A stretch of DNA of 64,000 nucleotides from Macrostomum lignano (lineage: Eukaryota). Within the stretch, counting starts at the first letter, position 1. Every line of letters begins with the position of its first letter. The stretch is taken from NCBI GenBank assembly GCA_002269645.1, contig NIVC01001827.1, forward strand, positions 248,001 to 312,000, given 5' to 3'. The notes under the pieces were generated by a model. The model was given only the letters and a program-made list of their open reading frames with translations. It did not search any database and was not told where the DNA came from. A program made the position numbers and the translations under genes. Shown piece after piece: positions 38,601 through 52,055 of the stretch.

Positions 38601-41600
38601 CCTGGCGAAGCGAACATTCATGCCGAGGACATGGCAATCGTCGTCAGAGATGCGCTTGAAGATTTCTAATACGCGCTCGGCCGACAGGGCGATCTTGCGC
38701 TCCTGGCTTTCATCGTTTACCTGTCAGTTTGGTATGGGTTATATTAAGGGGTTATATAGAAATGACAAAGGTTAGAATAGAAGGGATGCGTAAAGCTGAG
38801 ATTGTAGGAGGGGGGTTGCTTTTTCAATCGCAACTCGTTTACGAGACTATGGGGTAGAGCAAGTATAGCTTATTAATTTGTGTACTCTGTCGGCAAATGT
38901 ACTTTACGAATTTTCATTGGGTGGCCCGTAACACAATGTCAGACCTTGTTCCACTCGGCCGACAAGTCCAATCCGGTTTTGCGAATCTTCGGCTGATAAC
39001 GGGAGCAACCAGACCGGACGGTGACTTCGCCGCCGATGCCTTCGCTGAACGCCGCCCCGCCAGCCTCGGCGTCCGGCTGGTCCTGCTGGCCGCCGGTGGA
39101 CGGAGCCTCGCAGATGCTTTTACCTTTGCACTCGTCGTAGATGTAGTTTAAACGCCGCTGCGGATGATTGGCCGTTTTAATAAGAATTTCCTTCACCTTC
39201 TCCGACTGCGGATCGATTAGCAGCTTGGAGCAGAAGAAGCAAACGCAGCGAAGTATCTTGACTATCTTAGTCATCATTGGCACGTGGAACACCGGCTTGG
39301 CCAGCTCAATGTGTCCGAAATGGCCCGGACATTGCGACATGTTGCCGGCGCAGGTCTGGCAGCGGGACATTCGGTCGATGACGCCCTGCCTCGGGTCCAT
39401 AAGGCCGCCCAGCTTCGGCTTGCCCGCCTCCATGGTCTCTGGATAGAGTATGCCGCCCTCGGTCACAGACATGCGCTTCTACAATGGGCAGGTGGGCAAA
39501 ATCAAATAGCAATGGTTTGGACATCAGAACATTTTTTGCTACCTATCCTTTCCAAGTAGGCCTTGTTTTCCATAGCTATTGTTTAAAGCCCTACAAGTAA
39601 TTGTAATTGCAATTACTGCAAATTAGGGGCTATCAAGGGGTTGGGACTAGTTTAGGCCCATTGATTAGGATAAAGCTTTGAGCTTATTTGTTTTCCTCTT
39701 GCATGCTATGGCACAATGTTGCTTATCTACATGTATTTTGTTACTCTTATGCAAACTCGAAATAGCAAACTATTACAATTATCTTTGGCAATTCCTTAAT
39801 ATATATCCATAAGTAGAAATGTCTAGCTAGGTTCAAGGAGTAGTACTAATTAGTGATGGACCAAATGTGGATTTTTGCAAGTTGACAAAACCGAATCCAA
39901 ATGTACAAAAAAATTCTGAATCCGAATCCGAATATCCAAATGTGTTTCCGAATGTAAACAAGAAGTAAAAGGTAAACAGCGGGAGTAACTATGATACTTT
40001 TAAGTAAAAAAGCCTCGGAATCTATTAATGATCTAAATAAGCAACTAGTTTACTCTTTAAGCAAAATTCAAGTGAAATTGCAAGAATTAAAACTTAGTAG
40101 AGAGTAAGTTTGAATTCAACATAATTCATATATAACCACAGATACTAGAATATTTGGATCTATTATAAGTACTAATTAGTGTTCTGCCATGTGCAATAGC
40201 CATAGTGTAAGCAAAACTTTGGCTTATTCCAATTCTCCATATTCCATAGCATAGGGACCCCAATATTACCATATTCCTATAGTTCCTGCAGCCATAGTCA
40301 TAGTTTTAACAAAAAGTCTAAGAAACAAAATATTTTGAATCAAGATAATCATGCTTAAACAATTACACAATAAGGTAGAAAATAAAACAAACACTCAATT
40401 GCCTTTGTAGGATTATATTTCATCCTTCTTACAAAGAGTAATAATACTTAATCACTACTAAAAGTACTAATGCTGAACTTTTTTATATTGATAAAAGTTA
40501 GTTTGCTAGTATTTTATTGTACTTTAAGTAGGTATAATCTATCCAAATATACTAAATCTCTAAGGTTTGTATATTTGAATGCTTGTCCATAATGCTCTAG
40601 AGATTGCGATTCTTGACCATAAGTTTTTAAGTCTATAATAAAGTTTACCAAAGTATCTGTTTTACTCTACCTATTTCTAATATTTTCTATTTTTTTAATT
40701 AATAACTATGGCTATGGGTCCTAGGAATTTATAGAATATAATAACAACTACCATAGATTTTTCCAGTCATAGCCATAAGAGCAGCTATCTACTATAGGCT
40801 TATCTATAGTTGCCATAAGTACCTATTTTACCATATTTGCTATAATATCCCATAGCCATAGCCATAGCAATAGTAGAACACTAGTATTAATACAATGGAT
40901 ACAGGCTCATGGATACAGGTCGTAACATGACAGACTATTTTTACTTATAAAATGAAATATAATAATAGAATATACTAAACCAATATTTAAATGAAAGATA
41001 ATTTTGTCAAGAATATTTTTATAGAGTTTCATGTAGATATCATCATTAGTATAGATGCTATTAAACCTTGAATGGCACTTATGGTCGTAACAACAGGATT
41101 TTTGACATATAGAAACTAAAAGGTAAAAGTCTTATAACATTTTTTATTTTTGATATTTTGCAATACATTTTTTAAAATTTGACTAACAACATCTTCAGTA
41201 ATCATACTCTTTTTGTAGAATATATAAACTCAAAAGGCAACAAAGATACAAAAGAAAAGGCAGCCTTATGGTCGTAACATTATGGTCGTAACATATTTTT
41301 TTCTGTCAATTCAGTAACTTTGAGGTACCAATATATTAAAAATATAATAGATTATTTGGTCACCAATACTTTTATCTGATGATGCAAGTACTATACTTTT
41401 ATCTATAGTTTGTTTCAACCTTCCAAAGCTTTCTATTTGTTTTTAAAAGGTACACAATTTTAATGATGTCTTTTGCTTAGAAAAATGTCCAAATTTTTAC
41501 AAAAATGACTTTTTGCCACTTGATAACATACTAATCCAACATTTTATCATTTATTTATTCTTAGATTGTAGATATTACACATTTGGTAAGAAAAACATTT

Positions 41601-44600
41601 GGTAAAAAAATTGGCTGATAAGGCAATGGCAAGCAAAAATATTGACTTTTTTCTATTTTCCAAAAATGTTCATCTTATATGGAATGAGCCTACACACAAA
41701 TTTGGCAACAAACAAATTTGGCAATAGAAATTTAACACATATAAATTTGGCAAAAGCAAATTTGGCTACAATTTAGGCAAATTTGGCAACAAGTCTTTTT
41801 TAAGAGGTGCCTTAAGACTCTAGCCTAAAATTGTATTCAAGGCATTATTTATCTTTGAGAATGAACAAACATTTGGTCTAAGAAGCATAATAAATTGAAT
41901 GAACATTTCTTAAAAAGCATATTTGAATTAAATTTTGAGATAAATAATAGATAAAACAAACTCAATTAAGAAGAAAGCCAATATGCATTATCTAATACCA
42001 TTGTAATGAAAGAATAATTAAGATTATTATACAGATTATTCTGTCGCCAAATTTGTCTATGGTGAATTTTCTGTTACTAAATTGGTCAGTACCTAATATA
42101 CTATTATCTATAAAGTAAATGCTTTGTCTTACTTTTTTAGTATATAACTAGCAATCTACGCCCCCCGTTGGGGAGCCAAAGAAATGCAATACACGTTTTT
42201 TTAATAAGCTACATGTATCCTTGAAATCTTAAAAAATCTCCTGTCAAACCTTGTAAGCCTTGACATGTCAGTTATCCCCCCCACAAGCTTTAACATATCA
42301 ACTTCCCCCCTTGACATCTCAGCAATGCCCCCAATAAGCCTTGGAAATCTAAAAATATCTGTCAACCTTCTAACCCTAACCCTAAAGCATTGAAATTTCA
42401 GTAATTCTCTCTAAGAGTCATTATAGCACTACTACAGCATTATAGCGATTCCTTGCAAGCCTCAACATCGTAGGGATTCCCAAATGAATCTCTTAACTTC
42501 GACATGAAGCTTCTTTTATTTTTTACATTACGCTTTTTTTATCAGCAATCCCTCCCCTGAGGAGGCATCAAATAATGTAATAAAAAGTTTTCAATAAACT
42601 TCATGTAGCTTCTGACTTTAGCCTTGAAATCTCATTTATACCCCCGTGAGCCTTGACATCTCAGCCATTCCCCCCGTAAGCCTTGACATGTCAGCGATGG
42701 CCCCCATAAACCTTGAAATCTAAAAAATCCCCTGTTATTCTGTTAACCTTGAAACCCGATAAAAATATAACCCTCAACCCACACCTGACCTAAACCTAAC
42801 TTTAACCCAACCTAAAGCCTTGAAATCTCAGCAATTCTTCTCCCCTAAGCCTTGACATTTTAGTGATTTTTTCTTTAAGAATCACAGCACTATAACGATT
42901 TCCACCAAGCTTTGACATCGTAGCAATTCCCAAATGAATCTTTTAACTTCGACATGACTTTTCTTTTATGTATACATAGTGCTACTTTTATTTTTTACAT
43001 GACTTTTCTTCTATCAGCGCCCCCCCGTGACGAGCCAACAAAGAATGCAATAAAAAAATTGAGTAAAGTACATGAACTTTGAAGTAGCTTCTGACTTTTG
43101 CTTTGACATCACAGAAAACCCCCCCCCCATAATCTCAGTTATTCTCTGAGAGCCTTGGCGTCTCAGTTTTTCTCCCCAGCACAGTATTATAGCTGCATTT
43201 AATTTTTACATGACACCCTTCATGTCTGACATGATGCTTCTTTTATTCTACCATGATGCTTCTTAATTTTTTAAATGACACTTTCATTAGTTTTTAAATA
43301 AGGCTTCTATGATTTTTATATGACGCTTCTATGATTTTTTACATGACGCTTCTATGATTTTTATATGACGCTTCTATGATTGTTTACATGACGCTTCTAT
43401 GATTGTTTACATGACGCTTATCTGATTTTTTACATGACGCTTATCTGATTTTTTACATGACACTTATCTGATTTTTACATGACGCTTCTATGATTTTTAC
43501 ATGGCGCTTCTTTGATTTTTACATGGCGCTTCTATGATTGTTTACATGACGCTTCTATGATCTTTACATGACGCTTCTATGATTTTTACATGACGCTTCT
43601 TTTTAAAAAGTCTTTTAGTTTTCCTGACGTTGAAAAGCTTTAATTAAAAAAATTATACTCTATGAAAATTCGAACCATCGTTGCTGCATTTAGCAGTTCA
43701 GTTTGTTCACCTCTAGGCTAGCTCTCATCGTTTTGATGACATCAAATTTTGCACTTATATAATTCAACACTTGAAAATCCAAGCATAGAGTAAATCACAC
43801 GAGCAGCCAAAGAAATGCAATACACGTTTTTTTAATAAGCTACATGTATCCTTGAAATCTTAAAAAATCTCCTGTCAAACCTTGTAAGCCTGGACATGTC
43901 AGTAATTCCCCCCCCCACAAGCTTTAACATATCAACTTCCCCCCTTGACATCTCAGCAATGCCCCCAATAAGCCTTGGAAATCTAAAAATATCTGTCAAC
44001 CTTCTAACCCTAACCCTAGCCTAACCCTAACCCTAACCCTAACCTAACCCTAAAACATTGAAATTTCAGTAATTCTGAGTCATTATAGCACTACTACAGC
44101 ATTATAGCGATTCCCTGCAAGCCTCGACATCGTAGGGATTCCCAAATGAATCTCTTAACTTCGACATGAAGCTTCTTTTATTTTTTACATTACGCTTTTT
44201 CTATCAGCGATCCCTCCCCTGAGGAGGCATCAAATAATGTAATAAAAAGTTTTCAATAAACTACATGTAGCTTCTGACTTTAGCCTTGAAATCTCATTTA
44301 TACCCCGTGAGCCTTGACATCTCAGCTATTCCCCCCGTAAGCCTTAACATGTCAGCGATGGCCCCCATAAACCTTGAAATCTAAAAAATCCCCTGTTATT
44401 CTGTTAACCTTGAAACCCGATAAAATATAACCCTCAACCCACACCTGACCTAAACCTAACTTTAACCCAACCTAAAGCCTTGAAATCTCAGCAATTCTTC
44501 TCCCCTAAGCCTTGACATTTTAGTGATTCCTTCTTTAAGAATCAAGCACTATAACGATTTCCACCAAGCTTTGACATTGTAGCAATTCCCAAATGAATAT

Positions 44601-47144
44601 TTCAACTTTGACATGACTTTTCTTTTATGTATACGTAGTGCTACTTTTATTTTTTACATGACTCTTCTTCTATCAGCACCCCCCGTGGCGAGCCAACAAA
44701 GAATGCAATAAAAAAATTGAGTAAAGTACATGAACTTTGAAGTAGCTTCTGACTTTTGCTTTGACATCTCAGAAACCCCCCCCTGTAATCTCAGTTATTC
44801 TCTGTGAGCCTTGACGTCTCAGTAATTCTCCCCAGCACAGCACTGTACTATAGCTTCATTCAATTTTTATATGACACCTTTAATGTCTGACATGACGCTT
44901 CTTTGGATTTTTACATGACGCTTCTATGATTTTTTACATGACGCTTCTATGATTGTTTACATGACGCTTCTATGGTTTTTTAAATGACGCTTCTATGATT
45001 TTTATATGACGTTTCTATGATTTTTATATGACGCTTCTACGATTTTTTACATGACGCTTCTATGATTTTTTACATGACGCTTCTATGATTTTTTACATGA
45101 CGCTTCTACGATTCTTTACATGACGCTTCTACGATTCTTTACATGACGCTTCTATGATTGTTTACATGACGCTTCTATGATTGTTTACATGACGCTTCTA
45201 TGATTGTTTACATGACGCTTCTACGATTTTTTACATGACGCTTCTATGATTGTTTACATGACGCTTCTATGACTTTTTATATGACGCTTCTATGATTTTT
45301 TATATGACGCTTCTATGATTGTTTACATGACGCTTCTATGATTTTTATATGACGCTTCTACGATTTTTTACATGACGCTTCTATGATTTTTTACATGACG
45401 CTTCTATGAATTTTTAAATGACGCTTCTATGATTTTTACATGACGCTTCTACGATTTTTTACATGACGCTTCTATGATTTTTTACATGACGCTTCTATGA
45501 TTTTTTATATGACGCTTCTATGATTTTTTTACATGACGCTTCTTTTTAAAAAGTCTTTTAGTTTTCCTGACGTTGAAAAGCTTTAATAAAAAAAATTATA
45601 CTCTATGAAAATTCGAACCATCGTCGCTGCATTTAGCAGTTCAGTTTGTTTACCTCTAGGCTAGCTCTCATCAAATTTTGCACTTATATAATTCAACAGT
45701 TTAAAATCCAAGCATAGAGTAAATCACACGAAGCAGTTATGACATAATCAGTTTCTCAGTCAGTCAGTATCAGTTAACAATATGGTTACGCAATTTAAAT
45801 CAAGTCTGGTGCTACGCTTCCACACTGCATTTTCAATTCAAGTCGGAGTTACAATTCAGTTATGATGCAATCTATTTCAGAATCAGAATTCAACCAGTCA
45901 GTTTTTTCTCTAGCATTCTTACAATGCATTTCAAGTCGAAAAGTTTGCTTGACCTTTGCAAAAAAGCATGTTTTTCAAATATTTAATGCCTTTAGCATCA
46001 AGCAATTTCTTAGCCACGATGCATGTACCGTCACGGGAAAATTTCTAATCGAACAGTGCAAGTTCTAACAAAATCGGTCCAGCCATTTTTTCTCTAATCG
46101 ATCACATAGATAGATAGATAGACACAGACAGACCATTTTTAGTATATAAGATTACAAAATTTTATCAAGTGTATAATAAAATCTTTTTTATTATACACAT
46201 TATTTATTTTTTTTTAAATATGTTTTGCGCTTTTTTTGTCATTTGCAATAGTTTACCTTTAATCTATTAGTTGTTTCATTGATAATTGAAACCCTATGGT
46301 CTATTGGCTGCTTTTCCCCTTCTTTTTAGCCTTTTAGCAGCAATTTATTAATTGCTGCTATTCCTTATACAGTCTAGATAGAGAATCCATTAGTGTTCCA
46401 CTATAAGCAAAGTCCATATGAAATAGCTATAGCCATAAGTAAAATTATGGCCTATTCTAATTCTTTATATGAATTTGCTAATGTTTTATTATACTTTTTT
46501 AGGTATAATCTATAAGCTTCTAATCTAAGTCTATAATACAGTTTATAAAAATATCTTTGTTTTATTCTATCTGTTTCTAATATTTTAATTGTAACTATGG
46601 CTATGGGAATCTATGGAATATGATAGCAACTACTATATTTCTGTAGTTGTAGCTGTAAGAGCAGTTATCTACCATAGGCATATCTATTGTTGTCATAGGC
46701 ACCTACTTTACTATATTTGCTGTAGGATCCCGTAGTCATAGCCATAGCTATGGTGGAATACTAGAATTTATTGAACATTATAATATAGCATATCAGGCAA
46801 GCCAAAAAATCATATTCATAATGCATATTTAAGACTATAGGCTAAAGATAGCCTTTAGTACCATGTCTAAATGTATAAGAAGACTGCTTAGATGTACTTT
46901 AATACTTCAGACTCAAAAGGATTATTAACACTAGTGCTTGTAATATTGTATGCAAGCTAATAAGAACCTGTATATTTTAAAAATCTAATTATTTATTACA
47001 TACCCATCATTTTCATATCATAGCCATAATAATTAAAATTAGAGTATAACTACTACGACTTACAATTTCATCAGGGCTGAGAATACCAAATTGAACTCTT
47101 TTAACTGTCCTCAATGGTGCAGTGGAATCTGCGACCTCGTACAT
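32606..47144 (-). CDS. POLR2A: DNA-directed RNA polymerase II largest subunit RPB1
   Basis: Coding exons 47144-47064 ([27 protein letters not shown]), 39478-38945, 38720-37908, 37549-36487, 36020-34466 and 34314-32606, all GT-AG and phase-compatible. Contains [10 protein letters not shown], the CQTC/HFGH zinc-site region, [13 protein letters not shown] and a YSPTSP(S/T) CTD. Single-nt deletions near 35648 and 33688 break the frame. Confidence 0.98.
36124..36320 (+). mobile_element. tRNA-derived SINE family 2, copy 2 (RPB1 intron 4)
   Basis: Homologous to 10608-10830, with A-box and B-box-like head. Confidence 0.75.
39971..40031 (+). other. Degenerate 28S rDNA-derived fragment of about 60 bp (not a functional rRNA gene)
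   Basis: GGTAAACAGCGGGAGTAACTATGA...TTAAG...GCCTCG..ATCTATTAATGA versus the conserved LSU sequence GGTAAACGGCGGGAGTAACTATGACTCTCTTAAGGTAGCCAAATGCCTCGTCATCTAATTAGTGA. Confidence 0.7.
40177..40883. mobile_element. MITE (TAGTGTTC...GAACACTA TIR), copy 1
   Basis: Inverted termini; both arms are homologous to 46391-46763. Confidence 0.6.
42147..46152 (+). mobile_element. Non-autonomous Helitron-like element with internal tandem duplication, in RPB1 intron 1
   Basis: 5' ACTAGC and 3' AAATCGGTCCAGCC...(GATA)n/(GACA)n...TTTTAGTATATAAGAT, resembling Lep1/DINE-1-type elements. Units 42175-43801 and 43805-45730 are a tandem duplicate containing 20-21-bp minisatellites and (CCCTAA)n. Confidence 0.65.
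46391..46763. mobile_element. MITE (TAGTGTTC TIR), copy 2, internally shorter
   Basis: Homologous to 40177-40883 and differs mainly by transitions. Confidence 0.6.
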
Positions 47145-47868
47145 AAGCATTCTGACAAGCTTCTAATGATGTCAGCGAATGCAAAATAAAAGTAAGGACA
47201 ATATCAACTATCTTAATCCCAACCTGTATAAAGGTTGGGTAGGTCCCAAATTGTTTTTAGCAGGCCTTCTTAGTATACTATAGAAAATTTCCAAACTAAA
47301 CGCTACTGTGCAAACGAATTCGTTAGTCACACTTAGTGAGTGAGAGCTTGAGTGAAAGAGGATCGATAGGTTGCACAATTAAGAAATATGTAGTAATTTG
47401 AAAGTAAAAGTCTACTAAATTAATGTTTTTATTTAATAAATAAACAACACATTTCTTGTGCTTTTTGGCGATGCTTAAACATAGTTATTGATAGCACATC
47501 AAATAATTTAATAACCTTGTTGTAATCGTTGTGACAGATATATATTTAGCCTAAAGTTTTAACAAAATCGTTGACTGTATACAGTAAAAAGGACATTACT
47601 GTATTTATTGCTGTATGCTAAAATTCTGTATTTAGACATACGCAGAGAAAATATAAATTTTATAAAATAATTATACTTACATACTGTGCATAGTTTAATG
47701 TGTTTTTTAAAGAAACCTGCTGACGAATAAAATTAGTGAGCTAAGAGAAGGCTTGGCCTGTTTATTGATTAATAAATTTAATCCTGCGTTAGAATAGTTG
47801 TGCGTGTTCGATTTTCTTCTGTAGAATTTTACAGTCTATAAAGCATTCGTTTTGCAACAGAAGACGAA
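47145..47868. promoter_or_regulatory. Head-to-head (probably bidirectional) promoter region of RPB1 and NDUFS8
   Basis: Divergent start codons lie about 725 bp apart. Each ATG has a pyrimidine tract and AG a few nt upstream. Confidence 0.65.
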
Positions 47869-50800
47869 ATGTCATCTTTGTTCCTGCGCAAAATTTTCAG
47901 CATTAATCCTGCATGTAAGTAGGAATGGCCTACTAGACTAGGCTAAGTTTATTAGTCTATATGGCTTTTAACCTAGGTTGGGTTCTGCGTTTATATCAGG
48001 TCGCATGCGTGGCCCTTTTATGTATTACTTACTGCTACTTTTAACTTTACATAAGCCTGAAAGGCTATTGCTAGCTGGGTTGTTTGTGTATAGAATGTGC
48101 AAATGCACCTTAAAATTGAAAAGTGGGTGCAGTTTAGGTGTGGTCTCATAACCTTTTTTCTTTTTAAGGTTCAAGCCTCATTTAATACAATAAATTACAC
48201 TTTGGGCTTTTAAATTGCATTTTGAAATTGAGGTATAAGGTGCAATTTTGCACCTAATCTCAGGCAAAAAACACAAATTTTCTAGGTTTAAAAAATTGTA
48301 TTAGGTCTAATATCCAGTTGCATAGATAGGGCAAAGGTGTTTTTTAGGGTGGAACCAGCTTGAAATTATAATAAAATAAAGCAAGGGCAAGGTATTCTAA
48401 CTGCCCTGTGGTGTCACTGGCTGACAAAGAAGTGCAAGTCTATAGACTGATAGATTTATAGCACACTTGGCACTCTTAACGCTTAGCCCCTCATCTGAGC
48501 GGGCCTGTGTATTTAACCAAACAGTTTCTCATACCACCTCAACACGGGGCCTTAGATTGGCTCACCGGAGAGACCGGGTAAGACACCGGCACATAGACAT
48601 TACTCACACACAAACTGTGGGGTGGGGAGGCCGGGGATGAGACAGCTTAGTCATGCTGTCTGTGCTTGGGAAAGGGGGCATGGGTGCACTGGGTACGCAG
48701 CAGACAGGGGTATCAAGCCTAGACAGGCTCTAACGTGTCACTCCTCGCTCACAGTCACAACACAAGGCCAATGCAATAGTATATTAAATAGTTTCTTGAA
48801 ATATATAAAACAAGGCAATCTTTTGAAAGACAATAATTTCTTTATATGCACATAAATTTGTGCCACAAAACACTACTTTTAATAAATTCATTCTTCACAT
48901 TAAAAAGACCATTTAAACAAAGTTTAATGATAGAAATGCAAAGTTAGATAGTTAAAGGTCTAAAGAAAGTGCTTTTGCAGAAAAAAATTGTTGTTCCCAT
49001 TTTGCCCATGTAAAATTTTAAAAGTCAAATAACTTTTTTTATCCCATTTCACACAATTTTAAATGCTGTTTTTTGCGCCTTAATGAAATGAACACATAGA
49101 AAAAACAATTTGCTTGTATCTCTTCTCACTTAAAAGTTATCAGGCTTTTTTAGACTCATTTTTTGCCTATCTCCGCAATGTATTTTTTACCCAAGAACTG
49201 AAAATTGGGTTTTTTATAGATGACCCAAATAAAAGTATTTTGCAGACTTTTTGTGTTTTGTTTTTTAGAAAGTGGTATAAATGCAATTTTTAGCAATCCA
49301 CTTTTATTTTACATGTCTTACTTTGTAATACCATTTTTTATTTTTGGTGAACATGAGCATTTGCACTACTTGCAAACTACTTATGCAGAAAAAAATAAAG
49401 CTTTGTGCTACATGCCATTTTTTACTGCATTCAATTCACTGATTTTGGAGGGTCTTTACCCTCTAAAATTTGCTCCTCTCAACAAATTTCTGGTATGCTA
49501 CTATAAACAAGCAATATATTTTCTTTGTTTCTTTCTTTGTATTGCTAAAAGGTTCCAAGAACTTTTGTCAGAAACAATGAAAAAAAATTTTTGCTACTTA
49601 TCAAAAAGTTTATATTAGAATGATTATTATCAAATGAATTATGGGTGTAGTTAGTGACTTAGTGAATTAATAATTAATTATGCTTCTCTATAATTCTACT
49701 TTGCTATTACTGACATGAGCACAAAGGCTAAACTTGTAGGCATAAAGTTAAATTATAATGGCCAGCTATATATATTATTAGAAATATATAGAGTTTAAAA
49801 ATGATGCCTTTATTTCTTACCTTTTTAGTGAACTGTGTTACAAGGAGATGCTTTCAAACATCACATCCAGTTGCCACATACAGTGAGTTCTTGATTTGAT
49901 GTTTTGTCTTTCTTTATATTTAGCATGGTAATTGAGTTTATTTATATTCTTAATTCAAAGCCTCTTATAGCTACCTAAACCTACCTAACAAAAACTTTCT
50001 AAACCTAAGCCTGACTCAAAAGTAATACCTTAATGATTCTCATTTATTTCTTAGAATGTTGAACACAATTCCTTGAATTTTTAATAAATGAAGAGTTCAG
50101 AACTGTCTTCATTAAATTGTATTCAATTATTTTCCATTTGCCTGTCTAAAATCTTTTTCTTGCATAACTTCAACCAACCAATTGCATTTAACAAAATTAT
50201 CATAATTGCTAGCTTTTTGCAGGCCTCCCACAACTGACTAACAACCTGAGCCCCAATCAGTACCTGATGCCTAATGAATTAAGCCCTATTCTTATATCTC
50301 CTTATCCCATCAAACCAGCCCAGCAGCCCAATCCCAGCCCAGCCCAACAGTCACAACTGTCCAATCCCAATACAAAGCTTGTCACACATGTTCAATCCCA
50401 ATCCTTATCCAATGCCTGTCACACCTCAATTTCAATAAAAAGCCTGTCACATCTGCCCAATTCCAATCCAAAGCCTGTCACACCTGTCCAATTCCAATCC
50501 AATGCCCGTCACACCTGCCCGATACCAATCCTGTCTGCCTGTCTGCCTAATTTCAATCCAAAGCCTGTCACACCTGCCCAATTCCAATCCAAAGCCTGTC
50601 ACATCTGCCCAATTCCAATCCAAAGCCTGTTACACCTGCCCAATTCCAATCCAAAGCCTGTCACACCAATTCCAATCCAAAGCCTGTCACGCCTGTCAAC
50701 TCCAAATCCCAAGCTTGTCACACCTGCCTAATTCCAATCCAATGCCTGTCACACCAGGTCATATCAACCCAGAGCCTGTCACACCAGGTCATATCAACCC

Positions 50801-52055
50801 AGAGCCTGTCACACCTGTCTATACAGACACGCCTTATCATAAGGCACTATTCCACAATCCTGAGCAGTTCTGTCTAACCCATTACCCATTCTCAGAGCTG
50901 GTCAGCCGGCCCGATCCATCTGATGACTGGCGCACCATTGGTGACGAGAGCGCTCGCCACCTATTTCTAATCGAACTGCTGAAAGGTATGGGCATCACAA
51001 TGGCTAAAGTGTTCCAGGAGCCGGCTACTATCAATTACCCATTTGAAAAGGGTCCACTGAGTCCGCGCTTCCGCGGCGAGCACGCCCTGCGCCGTTATCC
51101 CAGCGGCGAGGAGCGCTGCATCGCTTGCAAACTGTGCGAAGCCATCTGCCCTGCCCAGGCCATCACCATTGAGGCTGAGGAGCGCGAGGACGGCTCCAGG
51201 CGGACCACTCGCTACGATATTGACATGACCAAGTGCATCTATTGCGGCTTCTGTCAGGAGGCCTGTCCAGTTGATGCCATCGTTGAAGTGAGTGTCCTTT
51301 CACTCCTAGCTGCTAAGTTAGGTCTAAATAGAAATAAGATCTCTTATGTAACATTTCTCTATTCGTCCAACCTTTAAGATATACACTTTAAAATGCTTAT
51401 AAGCTTCTCTGTTACAATATTTAGGCTCGGTCAACCCGTTCTATGCTTGGGGTGTGTAGTATTGCTTTTATCAGCTGAGTTGATTGTTACGCCAACCAAG
51501 TTGAGAATTCCAATTTAGCAGCAGTAGATTTGGTCTTGCCCATAGGCATATATAGAAAAAAGACAAGCAAGTTGATAATTCTCATCTTTACTGCGTGGAA
51601 GTCGATGTTTAAGCATGGTTTCAGTGCTGGAATCCTTTTCATTGCTGATGTCTATGGCCTAGCGGAATGGGCGACGCTCGCCTCCCCGCTGCGTCTTCGG
51701 ACCGCCCTGCAGCTAAAGATGTCTATGGCCGAAATATCAACTTGGTTTGCCTTTTTCCGTCTATGTCTATGGGCAAGATCAACTCTACCGCTGCGTAATG
51801 GGAATTCTCTGTTCGATTTTGGCCATAGACAACTGAATAGTCCTATGAATGCTTGTTGGTTTTAAATCCAGCATCGATCTGTCTGTAGTTCTGTGCTCTA
51901 TCGATGTTAATAAATTTTTTCAGGGCCCGAACTTTGAGTACTCCACAGAGACGCACGAGGAGCTGCTCTACAACAAGGAGAAATTATTGGCTAATGGCGA
52001 CCGCTGGGAGGCTGAAATAGCTGCTAATCTCAAAGCTGAGCACTATTACCGCTGA
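47869..52055 (+). CDS. NDUFS8: NADH:ubiquinone oxidoreductase iron-sulfur subunit 8 (TYKY), mitochondrial
   Basis: Exons 47869-47914, 49829-49882, 50896-51287 and 51924-52055 (GT-AG, phases 1/1/0). Two 4Fe-4S motifs, [12 protein letters not shown] and [12 protein letters not shown], and C-terminus [22 protein letters not shown]. The two small 5' exons give a presequence-like N-terminus ending ATYK. Confidence 0.97.
50400..50820. repeat. Degenerate minisatellite of about 28 bp (AATTCCAATCCAAAGCCTGTCACACCTGCCC) in NDUFS8 intron 2
   Basis: Direct inspection; explains the spurious N-terminus of ORF 50502. Confidence 0.9.

Noticed and set aside
44003-44052. (CCCTAA)n as a chromosome end or fusion site
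   Set aside because: Short, internal to a duplicated TE, and shorter in the other unit.
48407-48763. GC-richer insert with TG...CA ends as a solo LTR or snoRNA
   Set aside because: No matching TSD, second copy or box motifs could be confirmed.
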